This document shows, piece after piece, positions 55,380 to 64,000 of a DNA stretch of 64,000 nt. The translations under genes and the position numbers were made by a program. Below the pieces are notes generated by a model. It ran no database searches, was not told the DNA's origin, and saw only the letters and a program-made list of their open reading frames with translations. The stretch comes from Eledone cirrhosa (lineage: Eukaryota). The number at the start of each line of letters is the position of its first letter. Position 1 is the stretch's first letter. The stretch is from assembly GCA_964016885.1 (NCBI GenBank), contig OZ024741.1, forward strand, positions 190,340,001 through 190,404,000. Direction: 5' to 3'.

Positions 55380-58300
55380 TCATCATCATCATTTTACGTC
55401 CGCTTTCCCCTGCTTGCAAGGGTGGGACGGGTCCTATTCAGCACAGCATCTCTCCACTTGTCACGGACCTTCGTCATCTCTACCGTGAGCTTCAGCGATC
55501 TGAGGTCTGCTCTCACCACCTCCGCCCATATTTTTCGTGGTCTTCCTCTACTACGTCTTCCTTCAACTGGCATTTCTTGGCACTTCTTTACCCATCGGTC
55601 ATCCTCCATGCGCATCACATGTCCATCGCAGTCTCCTCTCCCGCACACAACAATTTATCCCTCTCAGACAGAGTTTCTCTCTCAACACATCCATGCTCGG
55701 CCGTTCACACACATTGGCATTACACATCCAACGGAGCATACTTGCCTCATTTCTCTCCAGCCGTCGCATATCCTCTGCAGTTGCTGCCCATGTCTCACTA
55801 CCATGCAGCATCGCGCACCTCACACAGGTATCATATAACTGGCATTTTGTACGCAAGGAGAAACCCTTCTTCGTCAGCAGAGGAAGCAGCTCCCTAAACT
55901 TCTTCCCACCCGTCCTTATTCTAGATACTATGGCCTCGGAACACCCCCGTCCCATGCTAATCTGATCTCCCAGGTACCGGAAGCTATCAACCACTTCTAT
56001 AGCACCCACCTACATTTGAAAAATGTGTCTATCAATGCGACTTCTACTGTCAAATTTCCCTGCATACGTATTTCTCCCTACCTGCTAGTTTGCCTGCTAT
56101 CCCATTACATCTCTTGTGTACCCAAGATCTGCATCATGTGCATTTTATAGAATTTATGCCAGTTCCTTTTCTGCATATCGAACATGGCCATTTCCCTGAC
56201 GGAATCAGAGTTTTGTCCTCTTTTCTACTCATCAACACTTTTGTCTTAGCTAGGTTCACTCTCAGTCCTCTTGCTTCCAACTGCTGTTTCCATATCCAGA
56301 ATTTATTCTCTAGCTCCTCTACTGATTCTGCAATAAGAACCAGATTGTCAGCATAGAGAAATTCCCATGGACAGCCAGTCTTAAACTCCTCTGTTATGGC
56401 TTGGAGGACTATAATGAACAAGAGCGGACTGAGGACCTAACACTGATGTACTCCTACTTGTATCTGAAATTCCTCACTAAACTCTATTCCTACCCTCACT
56501 TTACTGACATCACCTCTGTACAAAGTTTGCACTGTCCTCACAAGCCATTCCTCAACACCTAGTTTCCTTAGGGACCACCAGATGACAGATCGGGGGTACC
56601 CTATCAAAGGCCTTCTCTAGGTCAACAAAAGCTAAGTATAGTGGTTTATTCTTCTCTAAGAACCTCTTTTGTAATTGTCTCACCAACAAGAGGGCATCTG
56701 TTGTACTTTTCCCAGGCACAAAACCAAATTGCATCTCATCTAGTTTGACCCTTTCTCTAATTAGTTGTGCTAATATCCTTTCTGCCACTTTCATAACCTG
56801 ATCCATCAGTTTATACCCCTATAACAGGGTTACTGGGTTGTATGAATAGAACAATGACACTCGGTTGTATGTACAATGTTTATTTAACAAGGTTGAGTTA
56901 TGCAGAGCAGAATAGTTGACATGCCAAGATTAGATGAAATGAATGAATTAAAGTTATTTGTATTACCGTTTTGAAGTCATCTCGCAAGAGACCAAGTGGT
57001 CTTTACATTACCATTGTTCAGGTTGCCAGAGAGTATAGCCTTGGCGAACGCACCTGGCCGAAGACGCCTGGCCTAAGGGCCAGGCTAGTTAGAAGAGAGT
57101 GAGATAGCCCTGAGCTATCCCTTTTATAGGCTCCCAGGAGGGAAGTGACAAAAAAGGTTCTGCCACCCCAACGGGAAGTAACTCCAGCTACTTCCTGTCT
57201 AGAGAGCGGTGATGTGATTGTCATAACAAGGGAGGCAACTCTTGCTATATTATCTCCCGCCAGATTTTTAAAACACAAAAATCGAATGAACTATGTATGG
57301 AGTAAGATGGCGAGCATGTAACACCAAAGTCCAGGCATGAAAATTACAAAAAAATAGTGTTTGCAATAAAAGGAAGACAGCAAAATATAAGCATGCAAAA
57401 ATCAATGATAGATATCAAGGTAGCCAACCGCTTGGCCAGAGAACGACTGGACAGCTATCTATCCATCACTCAAAGATACAATGTAATCACAAGAAGAGGT
57501 CAAAGGAGCAAAGAAACGTGCTCGAATATAGTTATTAACAAAGTTCAAATGTTCAAAATACAGTTCACAGGTGACAGCAGGAAAGAAAGTGTGTTCCAGA
57601 GAACGTATGCAGGTGGTTTCTGGACTGTGGTACAACGTGAAATTCCCAACCTCCGAAGGGATTTTCTCACAGGAAGAGTGCTGCAAAAATAAATTCTCTG
57701 TCTTGTTCTGCTGGTTTTGGTTGTTGATGAAGCTGTGTTGTTGTTGTTGATGTTGTTGTCTCGCGGAGTGAGATAACTCTTTCAAAGTTGTTTCAAATCG
57801 CAGTAAAAAGTTTCCCACAAAAAATGAGTTGTTGTTGTCTCGCGGAGTGAGCGTATTCGATGTTGTTTCCGTTCACAGTAAAAATTTTCCCAGAAAAAAT
57901 GAGCTGCGCAAAGTGCTAGAAATAACAGCAGCGACCAAAGAAATAAGCATTCTGAATAAATGCAGTTTTCAACGGCAAATTTACGTGGTAAATTTTTAAA
58001 CCGGCAAATAGGAGAATATAGCTTAAGGCTGGAGAATCCTTGTCAAGAAACATTATCTATAACGTGTGGTATCTCAGTGAGTCGAGATGTGTGCTGCCAC
58101 ACGTGCCGAAACAAGGTTAAAGTCAAGTTGAAAAAAAAAAAATTTCTATAGCGCTAGAAAATGGCGCGAAAATGATAGCGTAACAGGTCGTTGGCAGCCA
58201 ATTTGAAAAATTTGCGTGTAAACGTGATAATATGATGAAAAAGAAGGAAAGGCTTTGTATATGGCGAGAGTTCAATTTTTTTTTCCCTGAAAGTGATGAA

Positions 58301-59815
58301 AAAGTAGCGACATTTAAACGATGTAAACAAGTTAGGTGAAGAACAAAATTTGTTCTTGTTTGTTTGCTGCTGAGAAAAAGATTACTTCTATTTTTCGTTT
58401 TAGACAAAATCCATGTGGAATGTTGTTAGAGGAATTTTTTCTTTTTGAAATACTGCTAATTAATTTTCTTTTTTTTTTTCACATTCACACAACACCAGAT
58501 CCTATTATTTTTTTCTCGGGGTCACCACTAATAACAGCATTACTGGGTTGTATGAATATAACAATGACACTCAGTTGTATGTACAATGTTTATTTAACAA
58601 GGTTGAGTTATGCAGAGCAGAATAGTTGACATGCCAAGATTAGATGAAATGGATGAATTAAAGTTATTTGTATTACCGTTTTGAAGTCATCTCGTAAGAG
58701 ACCAAGTGGTCTTTAAATTACCATTGTTCAGGTTGCCAGAGAATATAGCCTCGGCGAACGCACCTGGCCGAAGACGCCTGGCCTAAGGCCAGGCTAGTTA
58801 GAAGAGAGTGAGATAGCCCTGAGCTATCCCTTTTATAGGATCCCAGGACGGCAGTGACAAAGAAGGTTCTGCCACCCCAACGGGAAGTAACTCCAGCTAC
58901 TTCCTGTCTAGAGAGCGGTGATGTGATTGTCATAACAAGGGAGGCAACTCTTGCTACACCCCTATAATTGCTCCTCTCCAGAGCATCCCCTTTACCTTTG
59001 TAGCAATATATGAGAATACTGCTGCACCAGTCTTTGGGTATGACACCATCATATATAGCCTGATTGATGATGCATGCAACCAGTTTAGTGCCTACGTCCC
59101 CTGATGCCTTCAGCATCTCAGCAACTATCCCCGACGGTCCAGCGGCCTTACCATTTTTCATTTCCTTAATCGCCTCTTGGACCCTATATTCATCAATCTC
59201 AATAGCTGGTCCCTCTGTCGGATATATTGAGGGTAATTTCTCTCCCTCCCATTCGTTCTCCACATTCATCTGTCTCTCATAATGACATTTCCAGGCCTCG
59301 TTTTTCTGATCATTTGTGACACTAAGTACACCGGCATCATTCCGAACACATTTATCTCCAACAACATTCTGATTTGCATTGACACACTGCCTTGCAATGT
59401 GGAACACCGCACGCTTCTAATCTTCCCATCGCAGAACATTGGCAAACCTCCTACTCTCAACCTCCCTGTGTGCTAAATACACCTGACGTCTATCTTCTCT
59501 CTTAGCGGCTGTATATCCTTCCCTACTCCCACCCTTTTTCCAAGCCTTCCATGCTAGTCTTTTGTCTCTAATGGCCCTATCTACCGTGCTGTTCCACCAC
59601 CAGGTCACTCTCTGTCTGTTTGGAGCTCTGCTCCAGCCACAAGTTTCATCAGTAGCCTGCGGTAAGTTGTCACCTAAGAAATTCCAGTTATCATCCATGT
59701 CATACGACTCTAAATCGTCTTCTTTCTCATCACACATCTTGAAGGGCTTTCCTAAATTTGCATTTTAGTGAAAGGTCTTTTAGCTTCCAGACCTTTCTTC
59801 TCCACACCTTCCTTG
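55380..59815 (-). mobile_element. RTE LINE (second family) interrupted by the LTR element 56820-58958
   Basis: Fragments [21 protein letters not shown]|..[33 protein letters not shown] and FRYLGD; short 3' end RTRPTLASRGKRT* followed by (ATG)n. Confidence 0.92.
56820..58958 (-). mobile_element. Non-autonomous LTR retroelement: ~430-bp LTRs (58529-58958, 56820-57249), tRNA-Trp PBS, PPT, 4-bp TSD GGGG
   Basis: Direct repeats with scattered mismatches; PBS TGGTGACCCCGA at 58527-58516; GGCGGGAGA before the 3' LTR; CCCC at 56816-56819 and 58959-58962; internal region homologous to 42783-43837. Confidence 0.94.
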
Positions 59816-59965
59816 TATATATATATATATTCTTCATGTTGAATTTATTACGTTTTCGCATTTTCTCATTATTAGGGTATAAATGTTAAACTTTCTCTTA
59901 GGTTAATCACTACCTTGATTAAATCTTAACCATTTAACATCTCAGGGTATGTCATGTATCATTAT

Positions 59966-60018
59966 ATTTTGTCTGATGAGGACGTACTGTTGTACATCTG
60001 AAATATGTATAATAAAAT
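59966..60018 (+). ncRNA. Minimal type I hammerhead ribozyme in a Penelope pseudo-LTR (~59885-60065)
   Basis: ATTTTGT-CTGATGA-GGACGTAC TGTT GTACATCT-GAAA-TATGTA-TA-ATAAAAT; 7-bp stem I and intact core. Confidence 0.82.
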
Positions 60019-60058
60019 GTAATTGATAAAAAGAACATCTATTTTATTAATATTTGTA

Positions 60059-61060
<1,002 letters not shown>

Positions 61061-61091
61061 CATTAAAATGTTAAACGATATTCAATGATTA

Positions 61092-61420
61092 TATAGCGAG
61101 GATACTGGGTTGTATGAATGTAACAAAACGAGGCATGGTTTGTGTGTATAATATTTAATTAACAATGGTAGATAGTATAGTTGACATGTCAAAGAAATAG
61201 ATGATAGAATGAAACAAAGTTAGTCGTTACCGTTTTAATTGCCAGGCAAACGCGGCTGGCAGAGGACGCCTGGCTAAGGCCAGGCGCCGGAAGGCCAAAT
61301 GAGAGTGAGCCGAAGGCTATTCGTTTTATAGGGCTCTGACCGGAAGTTACAGAAAGGGTTCTACTCCCCGTCTAGATGTTAATCTATTGGGGTTGAGTCA
61401 CAAGGGAGACAGCCGCTACA
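61092..61420 (-). mobile_element. Solo LTR related to the 42417-44203 LTRs, 4-bp TSD ATTA
   Basis: Minus strand TGTAGCGGCTGTCTCCCTTG...CCTCGCTATA; ATTA at 61088-61091 and 61421-61424. Confidence 0.93.
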
Positions 61421-61540
61421 ATTATGTCAAAGAATGAGTTTTACAGTAGATTGGAAGCACACTACGAAAAAATGATTTTCCGGAGTTATTAATATTAAAA
61501 TATAAATATTAATAAAATAGATGTTCTTTTGATCAATTAC

Positions 61541-61593
61541 ATTTTATTATACATATTTCGGATGTACAACAGTATGTCCTCATCAGACAAAAT
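61541..61593 (-). ncRNA. Minimal hammerhead ribozyme (inverted pLTR copy)
   Basis: Reverse complement reads ATTTTGT-CTGATGA-GGACATAC TGTT GTACATCC-GAAA-TATGTA-TA-ATAAAAT. Confidence 0.8.
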
Positions 61594-63410
61594 ATAATGA
61601 TACATGACATACCCTGAGATGTTAAATGGTTAAGATTTAATCAAGGTAGTGATTGCCCTTTACAAAATAATTGTTTAGATAGTAATTTGGTTTATAAATG
61701 CACCGTAAAAACTGATCACAAAACATACAACTACATTGGTTCGACCTTGTCCACATTCAAAGCTCGTTTTGCGAACCATAAATGCTCATTCTCGAACTCT
61801 AAGGGGAAATCATCCACGTCTTTATCACAGCTCATATGGTCATTAAAAGAGAAAAATTTAAAATACTCCATTCTTTGGACAAAACTTCGGAACTGTGGAA
61901 TTTACCGCAACTCTAGTATATCAAATAACTGCCCGCTCTGTACAATGGATACCCTGTTGATTATTAATAACTATGAGATCCTAATTAACAAAAAAAGGGA
62001 ATTATTCTCGAGTTGCCTCCATAAAGCTACGTCCACTTTTTTAGCCTCACATAAAACGAGAAAAGAAGAAGCAATAACACCAAACCAATAATAACTCGGT
62101 TACCAGGAATATATAATCAACTGTGAAAAACATTAATGGCCTTTAATATTGCTTTATTTTATAGCTATCTATAGAAGAAACATATATATAACTGAATTTT
62201 TAATACATTTTTGATCTCTTTTAAATTTTAGTTTAATACCCAATCCATAAATTTTTATGAAACTTATCTATAACTGTGAATTTTTAATGAGTTTTTGATC
62301 TCTTATCTATAGTATAATATAATATAGTATGTGCATATATTTCTTTTAAATATATTTACTGCACTATAAAATCTAAAACTTAAGACAGACTCAAACTTAT
62401 ATATAAATGTGAATTTTTACTGCGCTTTTGATCTCTTATTTATAATATAATGTATTATAATATGTATGTAGTTATATATTATATTTTATATATTTTTAAA
62501 TATTTTAAAATATACCTACCACATTTCTATATATATGATTCTAATATAGAGAAAATATCCAAACTAAAAATTATTATAGACTTTATTTTGAACTCTGAAT
62601 TATCCATGCACTCATTATTGTTTTTCATATATATATATGTGTGTATTTAAATGTAACACGTTGAACTCTACTTTATAAAATTATAACTGTTATCATTTAC
62701 CTAAAGTATACTACACTAACAATACCTAATATATATCTATATATATACCTCCCTATATCTAATAATATGTTGATATCTTGGTTGAAGAATAATTAGTACA
62801 TTTACACCCAGTTATACATAGGTGTATATTTATCCTTAACATGCTTCAATCTATTATCTTATTTTATTTTTATCTTCGTCGGTATTATTTACCTTAAACA
62901 TACTGGCTCATTAATATATACCTATATACATAATAGTTATTTAAATATTTATAACAATAAGTACTTCAAAAGCTTTACATACCTAATATGTTGGTATCTT
63001 TGTTAAAGTTTAAATTAAGGTAAATAATCAACAGTATAATATTCTTTATGTGCCAGCTAAATCCTTTAAATGTTACCCTCATAAAATTCAGAAGTTTAGA
63101 AATGATAACACACTTATCGAATTTATAAAAATAATATATAAAAAACCAGCAAATAATCCTGAAATCTGGAGTCTTCACCCTAATATTATAAATTAAATAT
63201 TTTCAAATTTAACCGTTTAACTTTCGGAAAAAATCTCCTTCTGCATATATCACCCCCCCCCCCCCTTATCTTTCTCTCTTTATAAATCCTTTTCGAGTGG
63301 CTATCACTGGCTGTTATTAGGCTATATATGTAAAAATTTCTCTTGGGTTAATCACTACCTTGATTAAATCTTAACCATTTAACATCTCAGGGTATGTCAT
63401 GTATCATTAT

Positions 63411-63463
63411 ATTTTGTCTGATGAGTACGTACTGTTGTACATCCGAAATATGTATAATAAAAT
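63411..63463 (+). ncRNA. Minimal hammerhead ribozyme (3' pLTR copy)
   Basis: ATTTTGT-CTGATGA-GTACGTAC TGTT GTACATCC-GAAA-TATGTA-TA-ATAAAAT; stem II is weakened. Confidence 0.75.
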
Positions 63464-63648
63464 CTAATTGATCAAAAGAACATCTATTTTATTAATATTT
63501 GTATTTTAATATATGTATATACATGTATTTATGTGTGCGTGTATATATATTTGTATGTATACACTTTTCTGTGTATATGTTTGTACTGTATATAATTATG
63601 TGTGTGTATTTTTCTGTGTATGTGTATATATGTATGTGTATGCTATGC

Positions 63649-63691
<43 letters not shown>

Positions 63692-64000
63692 TAGTCCTTC
63701 ATCAGTGATCTTCCAACCATCATTGGTATTTCATCGCTTTAAAGACCATATACCTCCGGTTGGTGCGAGCAACGGCTAAAAAAAGTCGTTGGGACATGTA
63801 AATAAAGGGGACACGAGAGTGTAAACAAACAAAGATGGTGAAGCAACGAAAAGTGAGGAAGAAGGAGTCAAGTCCCAAATTTCCATGAATATAAATTCGG
63901 TGAAATCGTGAACGAGAGAGAATAAAGACCATCAAACCTGGTTGGAATGTGAGCAAGGAAGGAATTCCGTACGGGTCTAGCGGGAGGAAGAAGGGATCTA

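Larger units (their letters stand above)
61490..63510 (+). mobile_element. Penelope-like element: inverted pseudo-LTR, GIY-YIG endonuclease 3' fragment, AT-rich 3' region, pseudo-LTR
   Basis: CPLQNNCLDSNLVYKCTV...YIGST...FKARFANH...CPLC...LINKKRELFSSCLH (61655-62091); pLTR copies at 61490-61654 (minus) and ~63335-63510 (plus). Confidence 0.9.

Noticed and set aside
63690-64000. GC-richer terminal segment with minus-strand CTGATGAAGGAC
   Set aside because: Truncated by a TA tract and the window edge; it may be another Penelope end but cannot be classified.

Overview
AT-rich, repeat-dense eukaryotic genomic DNA. The SINE/LINE families, microsatellite load and intron sizes suggest a cephalopod mollusc such as Octopus (inference). 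The only host gene is a complete 11-coding-exon amidophosphoribosyltransferase (PPAT/purF) on the minus strand (CDS 39185 to 1159). I spliced it by hand: all introns are GT-AG, phases are consistent and the product is 508 aa. Its introns hold mariner, pogo, hAT, piggyBac-type and Helitron-like remnants, PHD-finger RTE LINEs, tRNA-derived SINEs, a 30-bp minisatellite and degenerate hammerhead ribozymes. The ~25 kb upstream of PPAT is a nest of L1/Tx1, CR1, RTE and Penelope-like elements. Most notable are four insertions of a non-coding LTR-element group: two 2-LTR elements and two solo LTRs. All have 4-bp TSDs and 5'-TGTAGC starts, none ends in the canonical CA, and both 2-LTR copies have tRNA-Trp primer sites. 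One PBS is extended to ~32 nt with a mismatch exactly opposite tRNA m1A58. Penelope pseudo-LTRs carry three minimal hammerhead ribozymes.
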